Of a stretch of DNA of 64,000 bases, positions 39,892-50,576 are shown piece after piece. Position numbers and translations under genes: made by a program. Below the pieces are notes generated by a model. It was not told the DNA's origin. It was given only the letters and a program-made list of their open reading frames with translations, and did not search any database. Each line of letters starts with the position of its first letter. The stretch's first letter is position 1. Origin of the DNA: Deltaproteobacteria bacterium (GTDB lineage: Bacteria > SAR324 > NAC60-12); the NCBI GenBank assembly GCA_038150265.1, contig JAYOTF010000003.1, positions 64,001 through 128,000 of the forward strand, written 5' to 3'.

Positions 39892-40060
39892 GGATGCCTT
39901 TTGAGGGTCTTGAGGATGCACCTCTTTGTCAGAGCTGCACGGAGGGGGAGGCGAGAATCAAACGCGATCTTAACGGCTTTCCCAACACGGTCAAGCAAGT
40001 TTGTCGCTCGCGTGTCAGGACAATTACGGATTGCAAAAGCCGAGGAAACCGGACCGGAGC

Positions 40061-40549
40061 TCAGCCCTTGGGCTTGAGCGACATTCCTCCCACGCGATGG
40101 GGGGGATCCGGAAGAGCCTGGTGCTGAAGGAAGGTGTGCTGCACCTGTGCCTGAAGCGCCTCCGGAAACGGAGTCACCCGCGGCTCGGCTCCGGCCTGAC
40201 TGACATGCAGCATCAGGGTCTCCTCGACCGCATGCAGACGGGTCCGGTTTTCGCTCCAGAGCGCCTGCCAGACCAAAATCCGCTTCGGATCTGCTGCCAC
40301 CAACCGAGACTCCACCTCGATGTCGGTGCCTTCCAGCAACTCCTCCAGGTAGTGGATGCGCAGGTCGAGGCTGTAGAGGGTCCCCTGGGTCTGCTGCCGG
40401 TACGCTTCGTCCACGCCGATGGCCTCCATCACCTCGTCCACCGCGTAGCTGAAGATCAGGGTGTAGTAGGCATCTCGGACGTGTCCGTTGTAGTCCACCC
40501 ACTCCGGAATCACCCGGGTTCGGTAAATCAGAGCCGTGTCAGCAGTCAT
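40061..40549 (-). CDS. Hotdog-fold thioesterase (resembles the carnitine-pathway CdhB type)
   Basis: YRTRV..EWVDYNGHVRDAYY.LIFSYA.D, YSLDLRIHYL.E, E.LMLHV. Confidence 0.8.
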   Translation of the reverse strand: MTADTALIYRTRVIPEWVDYNGHVRDAYYTLIFSYAVDEVMEAIGVDEAYRQQTQGTLYSLDLRIHYLEELLEGTDIEVESRLVAADPKRILVWQALWSENRTRLHAVEETLMLHVSQAGAEPRVTPFPEALQAQVQHTFLQHQALPDPPHRVGGMSLKPKG

Positions 40550-40596
40550 GGGATTCCTTCAAGCAGGTGGTGTCCCCAAGAAGCGAGGGGTCAGGA

Positions 40597-40983
40597 TCAG
40601 GCGACGGTGAGGCGGTCTCGGATGAGTCCAAAAAACTGCGACCCACCTCCCGGGTCACGGACGTAGCGCCACCCGAGGTGCAGGTTGCACTGGAGGCAGT
40701 TCTGGATGATCCAGGCGAATCCCGGGAACCAGGTCTCTTCCAAAATGGCAGGCGAGCGGTCCTGAAGCCCTTCGGCTTCATGCACCAGGATCAGGGTAAA
40801 GGAAAACCCAGCGGAGTTTTTGAAGAGGTGATACGGCGACTGCCCTTCCCAGCGGAACGCGTCCCGCAGGTTGGCAATTCGGGCCTGGCAGCCCTTGCAG
40901 TGCAGGAAGCGGTTGGGCGCCTGCCGCTCCCGGAGGCGCGCCTCCAGCTCTTCCGGAGGCGTTGGGGTGAAGCCAAGCCACAT
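40597..40983 (-). CDS. Cereblon-family (CULT/thalidomide-binding domain) protein
   Basis: CKGC...CLQC Zn ligands, H.F.N.AG..F, TWFPGFAW, HLGWRY, FFGLI.DRL. Confidence 0.85.
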   Translation of the reverse strand: MWLGFTPTPPEELEARLRERQAPNRFLHCKGCQARIANLRDAFRWEGQSPYHLFKNSAGFSFTLILVHEAEGLQDRSPAILEETWFPGFAWIIQNCLQCNLHLGWRYVRDPGGGSQFFGLIRDRLTVA

Positions 40984-40986
40984 CGG

Positions 40987-41838
40987 TCAGTCGAGGACCA
41001 TGACCACGCGAGCTTCCTTGAGGAAGTTCAGAGACTTCGCCAGCTTCCGGATGGAGTTGGCGTCTTGATCTCGGACCACCACATCGGTCTGGTTGACACC
41101 GGAAGCGGAGACGGCCTTGATCATGAGCGGGCTCCCTTCCACACGGTCATTCGTGGACGCCTGCTCCGGGTCCTTGACGTAACCGGCCATGCCATGCCGT
41201 TTGACAAACTCCGCCTCCACATAGGCCGAGCCATAAAGCTCGCGCCCGGATTCGTCCAGCACCTTCGGAGACATCGCGGGCTGCAGGCCGGTTCCTCGGG
41301 CATCAATCACCAGGCCGGTATAAATGCGGCTCGGATCAATCTGGGTGGAGAGGCCTCCGGTTTCCGCTTCCGGACCGGGCACCGGCGTTGGCGGAGTCGC
41401 CGCGCGGTAGAGGTCATCGGGAATGATCTGACGGAGGGAGGCTTCCACACGAATCTTCACGCTGCCATCGGAAAAAAACCGGGGCGTTCCCACCGTCCGC
41501 AGGCCATAGAGCTTCCCCTGCACACGGGTCCGGATGGTGTCATCCGAAAGCATGGCGTCCTTCATGGTGGTGCTGGAGGTCAGGTTGATGCCCTGCAGCA
41601 TCTCCAGAGCATTCCGGGCGGCATCAAGGCGGGCTGCTCGTTCGGCAGTGGCGTTCTTCTGAGCCTGGCTCCGGGCCTGACTCGAAGGGGCTCCCGCGCC
41701 TTCTGCGATCACCATCTGACGATCCCAGTCGATGCAGGCACCTGCGCCTTCTTGCGTACAGGCCTGATCCAGCGCTTGCGCCCAGAGCAACGGCGTGGTC
41801 AGAAAGAAGAGCGTGATGAGGGAGACGAATGTTTTCAT
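40987..41838 (-). CDS. Exported protein, LPP20-like family
   Basis: Signal peptide, IDW..VIAEGAG, A.RAARLDA.RN.LE, YTGLVIDARG, PAMSPKVLDE.G.ELYG. Confidence 0.65.
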   Translation of the reverse strand: MKTFVSLITLFFLTTPLLWAQALDQACTQEGAGACIDWDRQMVIAEGAGAPSSQARSQAQKNATAERAARLDAARNALEMLQGINLTSSTTMKDAMLSDDTIRTRVQGKLYGLRTVGTPRFFSDGSVKIRVEASLRQIIPDDLYRAATPPTPVPGPEAETGGLSTQIDPSRIYTGLVIDARGTGLQPAMSPKVLDESGRELYGSAYVEAEFVKRHGMAGYVKDPEQASTNDRVEGSPLMIKAVSASGVNQTDVVVRDQDANSIRKLAKSLNFLKEARVVMVLD

Positions 41839-41981
41839 CCAAACCTTTCAGAGGGAGGGGATGGAATCAGCGGGGAGGCCGGTGTGGCTGGAACGCCGGA
41901 CTCGCTTCATGGGCTTGTCCGGCGTCATGCATGGGGCACGCCAGTTGAGGGGATCAACCGACGTGTCAGCAGCAATCAGAC

Positions 41982-44060
41982 TCAGGCGTCTTTCATGCTC
42001 AGTTGCAGCTTCCCGCGCTTGTCAATGCCCATGGCCTTGACGGTCACCAGGTCACCTTCCTTGAGGACATCCGAAACATTCTTGATGCGCTCGTTGGAGA
42101 TGTTGGAGACGTGCACGAGGCCTTCGGTTCCCGGGAAGATTTCCACAAAGGCGCCGAAGTCGACCACTTTTTTCACTGGACCGGTGTAGGTTTCCCCGAT
42201 CTCAGCGGTCCGGGTGAGGTTCTGAACCATCTCCAGTGCCACGTCCACAGCCTTGTGATCGCGCGAGGAGAAGGAGACCACGCCGTCGTCATCGACGTTG
42301 ATCTTGACACCCGTCTGCTCAACGATGCCCTTGATGACCTTTCCACCTGGACCGATCACGGCACCGATCTTGTCCTGCGGAATCTTGTGGGTCACGAAGC
42401 GTGGAGCAAATCCGGACAGCGCCTGACGCGGTCCTTCGATTTCCTGGTTCATGATGCCGAGGATGTGCATGCGGCCCTCTTGAGCCTGGTGCATGGCCCG
42501 CTCGACGATCTCCTTGGACAGGCCCTTGATCTTGATGTCCATCTGCAGCGCGGTGACACCGTTTTCGGTTCCCACGACCTTGAAGTCCATGTCGCCCAGG
42601 TGGTCCTCGTCCCCCAGGATGTCGGAGAGGATCTCCGATTCGCCAGTGGCTTCGTCATAGATCAAGCCCATGGCGATTCCGGCAGCACTGCGCTTGAGGG
42701 GCACACCAGCGTCCATCAGCGCCATGGATCCCGAACAGACGGTGGCCATGGAAGAGGAGCCGTTGGACTCGAGCACCTCAGCGACCAGGCGGATCGTGTA
42801 CGGGAAGGCCTCTTTGGTCGGCAGCAGCGGGCTCAGGCCACGCTCGGCCAGGGTGCCGTGTCCGATTTCCCGACGTCCCGGCGGGCGCGGCGGGCGGGCT
42901 TCTCCGACTGAGAAGGCCGGGAAGTTGTAGTGCAGCATGAAGTTCTTGAAGGACACGCCTTCAATGGCATCCAGCATCTGCTCGTCTTCGCGGGTCCCGA
43001 GGGTCGCCAGAGAGAGCACCTGCGTTTCACCACGGGTGAAGAGTCCGGAGCCATGCGTCCGTGGCGCGACCCGGGTTTCACAGGTAATCGGGCGGATGTC
43101 CTTCGGACCCCGTCCGTCAATGCGGAGTTTGTCCTTGAGGATCGCCTCACGCATGCCGTTCTTCTTGATTTCGCCGAGGATCTCCTTGACTTCCTTCTTC
43201 TGGTCGGAGTCGGGCTCGCTGCCGAGCACTTCCGTGATCACTTCTTCCGCGAGGGAATCCATGCGTCCGTAGCGCTCCTGCTTGTCCTGAATGCGCAGGG
43301 CTTCCTGCACACGAGACAGGGCGACCTCTTCCACCTTCGCCTTCAGCTCTTCGTTGACGGGCGGCGGCTCAATGACGCGCTTGGGCTTGCCACAGCGCTT
43401 CACCAGCTCTTCCTGCATGTCAATGATGGGCTGGATCTGCTCGTGTCCGTACCACAGGGCGTCGAGCATCACCGACTCCGGAACCTCTTTCGACTCTCCT
43501 TCCACCATCAGGATGGCGTCTCGGGAGCCGGCCATGAAGATGTTCAGCTCGCTCTCTGCGAGTTGCTCCGGGCTGGGGTTGGTGATGAACTCCCCGTCGA
43601 TGCGTCCCACGCGGATGCCACCGATGGGGTTGTGGAAGGGGATGTCCGAGAGGCAAAGGGCCGCAGAGGCACCAATCATTGCCGACACATCTGAAGGATT
43701 CTTCAGGTCGGTGCTGAGCACGGTGGCCATGATCATCGTCTCGGCCATGTAGTGCTCTTCAAACGACGGACGCAGGGGCCGGTCGATCAGACGCGAGGTC
43801 AGCGTCTCTCGGTCGGTCAGCTTGCCTTCGCGCTTGAAGAAGCCTCCGGGGATGCGCCCAGCGGCGTAGAACTTCTCAATGTAGTGCACGGAGAGGGGGA
43901 AAAATTCCGCTCCGATGCCGCTGCCTTTGGCAGCTGTGGCGGCCACCAGCACCATTGTGTCTCCATACCGGACCACAACGGAACCGTTTGCCTGTTTGGC
44001 CATCCGCCCCGTCTCAATGGAGAAGGTGGCGTTTCCAAACTGAGTTTCAACAACTTCCAT
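41982..44060 (-). CDS. pnp: Polyribonucleotide nucleotidyltransferase
   Basis: [52 protein letters not shown] and S1 domains. Confidence 0.98.
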   Translation of the reverse strand: MEVVETQFGNATFSIETGRMAKQANGSVVVRYGDTMVLVAATAAKGSGIGAEFFPLSVHYIEKFYAAGRIPGGFFKREGKLTDRETLTSRLIDRPLRPSFEEHYMAETMIMATVLSTDLKNPSDVSAMIGASAALCLSDIPFHNPIGGIRVGRIDGEFITNPSPEQLAESELNIFMAGSRDAILMVEGESKEVPESVMLDALWYGHEQIQPIIDMQEELVKRCGKPKRVIEPPPVNEELKAKVEEVALSRVQEALRIQDKQERYGRMDSLAEEVITEVLGSEPDSDQKKEVKEILGEIKKNGMREAILKDKLRIDGRGPKDIRPITCETRVAPRTHGSGLFTRGETQVLSLATLGTREDEQMLDAIEGVSFKNFMLHYNFPAFSVGEARPPRPPGRREIGHGTLAERGLSPLLPTKEAFPYTIRLVAEVLESNGSSSMATVCSGSMALMDAGVPLKRSAAGIAMGLIYDEATGESEILSDILGDEDHLGDMDFKVVGTENGVTALQMDIKIKGLSKEIVERAMHQAQEGRMHILGIMNQEIEGPRQALSGFAPRFVTHKIPQDKIGAVIGPGGKVIKGIVEQTGVKINVDDDGVVSFSSRDHKAVDVALEMVQNLTRTAEIGETYTGPVKKVVDFGAFVEIFPGTEGLVHVSNISNERIKNVSDVLKEGDLVTVKAMGIDKRGKLQLSMKDA

Positions 44061-44336
44061 TCATTCCTCGTGAAAGGGATTGAGGCAGCACTCTGCACTG
44101 TCTTCCTGGCCCTGATTCGGTCAAAAACAAGGTACGCTCAGGCATCCGGAACTTACGAGAACGGTAGAAAGTTGGGAGGACCAAGAGGAAATAAAAAAGG
44201 GGGCAGGGCAGTCGTGCTGCAGAACATGCGGGGATTGGATGCAGCTTCACGCTGAAGAAGCCTGAAGCTTTCGGGAACCAGGGGAGGCGCCCCGCCATCG
44301 CGAACTCCCTCCCGAAACTGACACTCCGGATGCCAG

Positions 44337-44606
44337 TCAGCGGCTGCGAATCTGCAGGCGCTGGGTAATTGCGGTAAACTGAGCCGTGTCACGGGATTTC
44401 AGGTAGCTCAGGAAGCTGCGGCGCTGGCCGACCAACTTGAGGAGGCCTCGGCGTGAGCTGAAGTCCTTCGGCTGCTGCTTCAGGTGTTCGGTCAGGTACT
44501 GGATGCGTGCGGTGAGCATCGCAATCTGCACCTCGGTCGAGCCGGTGTCATTTTGGTTCTTTCCGAACTCTTTGATGATATTTTCTTTGTCTTCTTTCGT
44601 CAGCAT
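44337..44606 (-). CDS. rpsO: 30S ribosomal protein S15
   Basis: DTGSTEVQIAMLTARI..LTEHL...KD.SSRRGLLKLVGQRR. Confidence 0.97.
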   Translation of the reverse strand: MLTKEDKENIIKEFGKNQNDTGSTEVQIAMLTARIQYLTEHLKQQPKDFSSRRGLLKLVGQRRSFLSYLKSRDTAQFTAITQRLQIRSR

Positions 44607-44610
44607 CTAG

Positions 44611-45522
44611 TCAATTCTCCTGAAAAAACACCCGTTCGGGCTGAAAAGAGCAACACGCATCATCCCACATTAAGCGTCCAACCGCAATGAGATTCTGCAG
44701 GGAATCGATGGCTTTTGCTGGAACCGTCGGCCGGGCTCCTTCTGCACCGAGTAAAGGGGTGGGCAAATCCGGAATGGCAATCGCCTGCCCTCGTGCCAAA
44801 CGCACCCGATCCGGCTCTGCCACCGAGACCGTCTGCCAGTCGGTCAGCAGGTCAACCGGATTCAGAGCCAGAAGGGAGTCGGACTCCCTCCGGAAGCGCT
44901 CCAGCTCCACCGCGTTGGCCTCTGTGAACCAGGGCCCACAGGCGACTCGCCGCAGTTGAACCAGGTGAGCGCCAACTCCCAGCTCCTGACCCCAGTCGTC
45001 GGCAATGGTCCGGATGTACGTTCCTGCGGAGCAGTGCACCCGAAACGTCACTTCTGGTCCCTCCACCTGCAGGATCTCCAGCTCATGAATGGTCACCTCT
45101 CGACTCTTGCGTGCCACGGCTTCTCCCTGCCGAGCCCGCTTGTAAGAAGGCTGCCCATCGATCTTGACCGCCGAGTAGATCGGTGCCAGCTGCTGCACCG
45201 TCCCAACAAACTGAGCGCCCACCTGCTGAATGGCGGCCTCCGTGACAGCGCGTGGATCGCACTCGGCGACCACTTGCCCTTCGCTGTCAAACGTATCCGT
45301 CCGCTGCCCCAACCGCAGGGTGGCAACGTAGGTCTTGTCCACGTGATTGAAGTACGGAATCAGGCGGGTGGCCTTCCCCAGGAAAACCGGGAGCAGCCCT
45401 GAAGCAAACGGGTCCAGGGTGCCGAGGTGTCCGGCCTTCCGTTCCCGGAGGCGCCCTCGCACAAACTTGACCACATCAAAGGAGCTCCAGCCGACAGGCT
45501 TATCAATGTTGTAGACCTGCAA
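44611..45522 (-). CDS. truB: tRNA pseudouridine(55) synthase
   Basis: DKPVGWSS, KAGHLGTLDPFASGLL, PIYSAVK, CSAGTYIR. Confidence 0.96.
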   Translation of the reverse strand: MQVYNIDKPVGWSSFDVVKFVRGRLRERKAGHLGTLDPFASGLLPVFLGKATRLIPYFNHVDKTYVATLRLGQRTDTFDSEGQVVAECDPRAVTEAAIQQVGAQFVGTVQQLAPIYSAVKIDGQPSYKRARQGEAVARKSREVTIHELEILQVEGPEVTFRVHCSAGTYIRTIADDWGQELGVGAHLVQLRRVACGPWFTEANAVELERFRRESDSLLALNPVDLLTDWQTVSVAEPDRVRLARGQAIAIPDLPTPLLGAEGARPTVPAKAIDSLQNLIAVGRLMWDDACCSFQPERVFFQEN

Positions 45523-45527
45523 CCGGC

Positions 45528-45887
45528 TCAGGATCCTTCAGGAGGGAGGGCGTGTTTGCGGATGAGGGCATCCATCTCTTCGCTGTAATCGAATCCACCG
45601 TCGAAGATGAAGTGCAGGCGCGGGGTGTTTCGGGTCTTCAGCACGCGGCCCAACTGGGCACTGAAGAATCCGGACGCCTTGTTGAGAGACGCCTCGACCG
45701 CCTCATGCCCATCGCTGGGGAACATGGAGAAGTGAATCTTGGCAAAGCTGGCATCCGGAGCCGCCTCCACTCGGGTAATGGTCACCTTCCCGAAGCGCGG
45801 GTCCTTGCTTTCCCGAAGCAGGATCTCCGAAAGTCGGCGCTGAATCAGCGCACTCTTGTTGGTCTTTCGATTGCTGGGCCGGTGCAT
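45528..45887 (-). CDS. rbfA: Ribosome-binding factor A
   Basis: KDPRFGKVTITRV, AK.HFS, LNKASGF, PRLHF.FD. Lies between infB and truB. Confidence 0.9.
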   Translation of the reverse strand: MHRPSNRKTNKSALIQRRLSEILLRESKDPRFGKVTITRVEAAPDASFAKIHFSMFPSDGHEAVEASLNKASGFFSAQLGRVLKTRNTPRLHFIFDGGFDYSEEMDALIRKHALPPEGS

Positions 45888-45890
45888 GGC

Positions 45891-48575
45891 TTAGAGCTTG
45901 GCCGCTTCTTCGACGCGCTCAAAGACCTCCACCACGTCTCCCACTTCGATCTCCGGGAAGTCCATGACAATGCCGCACTCGTAGTTCTGAGCAACCTCAC
46001 GGACGTCATCCTTGAAGCGCTTCAGCGAGGCAATGTGTCCATTGTAGACCACCTTGTTGTTCCGGAGCACACGCGCCAGCCCGTTACGGGTGATCTTGCC
46101 ATCGGTGACCAGGCCCCCAAAGACCATGCCCTGCTTGGCTGAGCTGAAGATGGCCCGGATCTCACAGTGCCCAATGACCTCTTCGCGGATCTCGGGCGCC
46201 AGCAGGCCTTCCATCGCAGCCCGGACATCGTCAATCGCATCATAGATGACCGTGTAGAGCCGGACATCGACGCCTTCGCGAGACTTCGCTTCCTTACCCT
46301 TTGCATCCAGGTTAACGTTGAAGCCGATGATGATGGCATCCGACGCCGACGCCAGGGTCACATCCGTCTCGGTCACGTTCCCGACTCCGGAGTGAATGAA
46401 GCGCACGGTGACCTTCTCGGTACCCAGCTGAGCAATGGCATTCTGGAGTGCTTCAGCAGAGCCCTGCACGTCGGCCTTGACGACCACCTTCAGCTCCAGC
46501 TGCTCGTTCTCTCCCATTTGGGTAAACAGGTTCTCCAGGGTCGTCTTCTGCTGAGCCGAAATGGCCTGCTCACGCTGACGCTGGAGCCGCTCATCCGCCA
46601 GCTGGCGCGCGGCCTTTTCGTCTGCCAGAACCACAAACTGTTCGCCCACTTCCGGAACATCATTGAGCCCCGAGATTTCTGCAGGCAGAGCAGGGGTGAC
46701 CTCCTTGACGGATTTGCCGCGGTCGTTGAACATGGCCCGGACCCGTCCGTAGGTGCTGCCCACCACAAAGAAGTCGCCCACCTTGAGGGTGCCCCGCTGC
46801 ACCAGCACGGTTGCCACCGCGCCCTGGCCGCGGCTGATGCGGGACTCGATGATTGTGCCGCGCGCGTTGCCCTGCGCCGTGGACGTCAGTTCCAGCACCT
46901 CCGCCTGCAACTGGATCATCTCCAGCAGGTTATCGATGCCCGTCCCGGCCTTGGCGGAAACGTCCACAAAGATTGTGCTGCCGCCGTACTCTTCTGGAAC
47001 CAGCTCATGCGAGAGCAGTTCCTGACGGATGCGGTTCGGGTCAGCTTCCGGACGGTCCACCTTGTTGACGGCCACAATGATCGGAACATCAGCGGCCTTG
47101 GCGTGGTTGATGGCCTCAATCGTCTGCGGCTGCACGCGGTCATCGGCAGCCACCACGAGGACCACCAGGTCGGTCACCGTTGCTCCCCGTGCTCGCATGG
47201 CAGAGAACGCCTGGTGCCCGGGTGTGTCCAGGAAGGTGATGTTGAAGCCGCCGGCCTCAACGTGATACGCCCCAATGTGCTGGGTGATGCCACCGGCCTC
47301 GCGGTCGGCAATCTGCGTGGAGCGGATGGTATCCAGAAGCGAGGTCTTCCCGTGGTCGACGTGTCCCATGATGGTCACGATGGGAGCCCGGGACTCCATC
47401 TCTTCTTCTTCTGGTGTGTCTTCCTTCACCAGGTCTTCGAGCTCAAAGGCTTCAAACTCGACATCAATGCCAAACTCAGCAGCCAGCAGCACAGCGGTTT
47501 CCCCCGGAATGTTCTGGTTGACCGTGGCCATCACGCCCATGAGCATGAGCTTCTTGATGAGTTCTGTTGCCTTGACTCCCAGCAGGCCCGCCAGCTCCGA
47601 CAGCGTGACCTGGTTGCCAATCTTGATGCTCTTGCGACGGGGGTTGAAGGTGTGCTTGGGCGCCTCATCGACATCAATGCCTCCACGCCGAGCCCTGGAG
47701 CGGCCTCGGTCCTTGCGACGGCGACGGCCATCTTCGTCACTGGAGTAGTAGTCCCGGAACTGACGCTTCTTGTCGCCGGTTTTCTTGTTCGCGGCGGACT
47801 TGACGTCCTCTTCGCCGTCAGCGTCCTGCTTCTCTCGGTCAGGCTTGCCTGCTTTACGGTCCGGACGAGCGGCCGGCTTGGCGTCTCGCTTGCTTTTCGA
47901 ATCGGCCACCGGTTCCGGTTTGGCAGCAGGGGCCTCGGCTGGCTTGGCCTTCTTCGGCTCAGGCTGGGGGGCTTCTTGAGCGGGCGCCGGAGCCTCGGCT
48001 TTTGCCGGTTCCGCAGCCTGTGCTTTCGGAGCAGGTTCTGGCGTTTCCTTCGGGGCAGCAGGGGCTTCCGGTTCCGGAGGAGCCTCAGCAGCAGCGGGCG
48101 CTTCCGGCTCGGCAGCCGGATCCTTGACCTTGACCTTGACCGGGGCTTCTTCCGCCGGAGCGGCTTCCGGAGCCTCAGCTTCCTGAGCCTCGGAGTCCTC
48201 AGGAGACGCTTCGGCCTCCGGATCGACGCTCTTGCGGCGGATGCGGCGGGGGCGCTCCTCTTCGTGCTCCTGGACGTTCTTGGCCGTAACCGTGATGATC
48301 CGTGGCTTCTCCTCGTCTCCTTCTTCCGGAGGCGCTTCTGGAGCCGGCTCGCTGGTACGGCGGGTGGAGATGACGCGACGGGCAGTCCGTACTTTCGTCG
48401 GGGAAGTCTTCGGCTCCGGAGCAGCCATCAGCTTACGGGCGAGGACCACTTGCTCATCGGTCAGATGATCAAAGGGTTTCTCAACGGCAATGCCGCCTTT
48501 ACGGAGCTGCTGGACCATCTGCTTGGCTGGCAGATTGAACTCTTTGGCCAGCTCAAACACTCGAATTTCCGACAT
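45891..48575 (-). CDS. infB: Translation initiation factor IF-2
   Basis: IRVFELAKE, Ala/Pro/Glu-rich N-domain, [42 protein letters not shown]. Confidence 0.98.
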   Translation of the reverse strand: MSEIRVFELAKEFNLPAKQMVQQLRKGGIAVEKPFDHLTDEQVVLARKLMAAPEPKTSPTKVRTARRVISTRRTSEPAPEAPPEEGDEEKPRIITVTAKNVQEHEEERPRRIRRKSVDPEAEASPEDSEAQEAEAPEAAPAEEAPVKVKVKDPAAEPEAPAAAEAPPEPEAPAAPKETPEPAPKAQAAEPAKAEAPAPAQEAPQPEPKKAKPAEAPAAKPEPVADSKSKRDAKPAARPDRKAGKPDREKQDADGEEDVKSAANKKTGDKKRQFRDYYSSDEDGRRRRKDRGRSRARRGGIDVDEAPKHTFNPRRKSIKIGNQVTLSELAGLLGVKATELIKKLMLMGVMATVNQNIPGETAVLLAAEFGIDVEFEAFELEDLVKEDTPEEEEMESRAPIVTIMGHVDHGKTSLLDTIRSTQIADREAGGITQHIGAYHVEAGGFNITFLDTPGHQAFSAMRARGATVTDLVVLVVAADDRVQPQTIEAINHAKAADVPIIVAVNKVDRPEADPNRIRQELLSHELVPEEYGGSTIFVDVSAKAGTGIDNLLEMIQLQAEVLELTSTAQGNARGTIIESRISRGQGAVATVLVQRGTLKVGDFFVVGSTYGRVRAMFNDRGKSVKEVTPALPAEISGLNDVPEVGEQFVVLADEKAARQLADERLQRQREQAISAQQKTTLENLFTQMGENEQLELKVVVKADVQGSAEALQNAIAQLGTEKVTVRFIHSGVGNVTETDVTLASASDAIIIGFNVNLDAKGKEAKSREGVDVRLYTVIYDAIDDVRAAMEGLLAPEIREEVIGHCEIRAIFSSAKQGMVFGGLVTDGKITRNGLARVLRNNKVVYNGHIASLKRFKDDVREVAQNYECGIVMDFPEIEVGDVVEVFERVEEAAKL

Positions 48576-48609
48576 GATAAATCAGGCTTGGACTATGGTT
48601 GAGCGGGTC

Positions 48610-49836
48610 TCAGTCTGCTGAGGTCGCTTGAATGGCTTCAGGATCCGTCGCATCCGAAGGCTCGGGCTCAGACGCCTGAGGGGCTTCTGGGTCCTCAGTG
48701 GGCTCCACGGCAGAAGGCTCGGGCTCGGTCGGCTGTGCTTCCTCTCGGGCACGGGCTTCTCCGAGCTGCTGACGGATCTGCTCCTCAATCGTCAGCTTTT
48801 CTTGCTCTGACGATGTCACATTGATTTTGTAGCCCACCAGCTTGGAAGCAAGGCGGACGTTCACGCCCTGGCGCCCAATGGCCAGGGACAGTTGACTCGG
48901 GTCGACCACCACATGAATCTCTCGGGCTTCCTCGAGGATCTCCATGGATTCCACTTCGGCCGGAGCCAACGCGTTCCGGGCGTAGGTGTCGATGTCGTCA
49001 CTCCAGCGGACGATGTCCACCTTTTCTCCATGCAACTCGCTGACAATCGCCTGCACCCGAGCCCCCCGGAGTCCCACACAGGCGCCTACGGGGTCGATGT
49101 CTTCATCATTGGTAAAGACCGAAATCTTGGCGCGCTTCCCCGGCTCCCGGGCCGAGTGGATGATCTCCACAACGCCGTCAAAAATTTCCGGAACCTCCAT
49201 CTCGAACAGCTTCACCAGCATCCCCGGATGCGTCCGGGAGATGGTCAGCTGCGAGGCCTTTTGCGGATTGTTGTTGACATCCAGCAGCAGCACCCGGATG
49301 TGGTCGCCTTGCGAAAAGCGCTCTCCCGGAATCTGCTCCCGCTTGAAGAGGTAGGCTTCTGTGCGGTTGAGGAAGTTGATGGCAATGCGGCCGTTGGACT
49401 CGGTTCGCTGCACGGTGCCGGTGATGATCTCGCCCTTCCGCTTGTTGAAGGTCTCCACCACCATGTCCCGCTCGGCTTCGCGGATGTTCGAGAAGATGAA
49501 CTGGCGGGCAGAGCGGGCAATGCGCTCCAGCTCTCGGTCTGGAATCTCACACTCGACTTCGTCTCCGGGTTGGGCCTCCGGGTCCATTTCCTGAGCGTCT
49601 TCCAGCGCAATCTCGTTGTGCCGGTCTTCGACGACATCCACGACTTCCTTGAAGTGGAACAGCTCAATCTGCCCCGTCTTGGGGTGGATGCGCCCCTCAA
49701 TGGCAATGTAGGGCAGTTTCTTCCGAGCGGCCTCCACCAGGGACTCTTCGAGCACGTGCGTCACGACTTCTCGATCCAGCCCTTTTTCTTTGGAAACTTC
49801 GTTGATGATGTCTAACAGGTTATCTTTCAAGGCCAA
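48610..49836 (-). CDS. nusA: Transcription termination/antitermination factor NusA
   Basis: LF.MEVPEI.DG, AREPG.RAK, DPVGACVG.RG.RVQ, LSLAIGRQG.NVRLA. Confidence 0.96.
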   Translation of the reverse strand: MALKDNLLDIINEVSKEKGLDREVVTHVLEESLVEAARKKLPYIAIEGRIHPKTGQIELFHFKEVVDVVEDRHNEIALEDAQEMDPEAQPGDEVECEIPDRELERIARSARQFIFSNIREAERDMVVETFNKRKGEIITGTVQRTESNGRIAINFLNRTEAYLFKREQIPGERFSQGDHIRVLLLDVNNNPQKASQLTISRTHPGMLVKLFEMEVPEIFDGVVEIIHSAREPGKRAKISVFTNDEDIDPVGACVGLRGARVQAIVSELHGEKVDIVRWSDDIDTYARNALAPAEVESMEILEEAREIHVVVDPSQLSLAIGRQGVNVRLASKLVGYKINVTSSEQEKLTIEEQIRQQLGEARAREEAQPTEPEPSAVEPTEDPEAPQASEPEPSDATDPEAIQATSAD

Positions 49837-49851
49837 CCTCGTTATTTTGGA

Positions 49852-50319
49852 CTAAAATGGTAGCTTCGGATCCAGCCTCGCCTTGGAGATGGCCTCGAAG
49901 GGAATGCGGATTTCAGTGCCCTCGGGCTCAAGCGCCACCTCAATGGCGTCGGCGTCACAAGACACCAAGGTGCCTCCTCCCTTGCGAATCCCCTCGCTCT
50001 CGTGGCGGAGGCGGAACCGAATGCGCTGTCCCTGGAAACGTTCAAAGTGCTCGCGGCGTGTGAGCGGACGGAAGATTCCGGGAGAGGAGACTTCCAGGCG
50101 GTAGGCTTCTGGAATCGGATCCCGCTCATCCAGCAGGGGTTGAACTGCATCATTGACTGCGACACAATCCTCCAGGCGAATGCCCTCCGGATGATCGATC
50201 AGCAGCCGGAGCACCCGACCTTTGCCTTCTTTTTGAAATTCGACCCCCAGCAACTCGAAACCCGCCTGCGCGACCGGGGGCTCCAACAGATCCTGAAGGG
50301 CATCTTGTGTGATTGCCAT
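49852..50319 (-). CDS. rimP: Ribosome maturation factor RimP
   Basis: LRLLIDHPEGI.LEDC, DPIP.AY.LEVSSPG..RPL. Confidence 0.95.
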   Translation of the reverse strand: MAITQDALQDLLEPPVAQAGFELLGVEFQKEGKGRVLRLLIDHPEGIRLEDCVAVNDAVQPLLDERDPIPEAYRLEVSSPGIFRPLTRREHFERFQGQRIRFRLRHESEGIRKGGGTLVSCDADAIEVALEPEGTEIRIPFEAISKARLDPKLPF

Positions 50320-50576
50320 GTGTTCGGAACCGGGATTGACGGCCCCGTAGGAGATTTGGCGAAATACGACAAACGATCTTTATACCATACTTTTCCCGAG
50401 TTTGTCGATGATTTTTTCCGCTTAACCCCAGTGATTCGTTAGGAGTTTCCCCCTTAAACCCGCCCGGGCGAAGGGTTGCGCTTGCAAAAACTCGGTGTCT
50501 GAAGGAAAGATACTCCCTGGACCCCATCGACTCTGATTCCATCAGCTACCCTGACGCCTGCGATTTAAGGAGATTC

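Noticed and set aside
47850..48350. Repetitive Ala/Pro/Glu/Lys-coding stretch
   Set aside because: It is the ordinary low-complexity N-terminal linker of IF-2, not a DNA repeat array.
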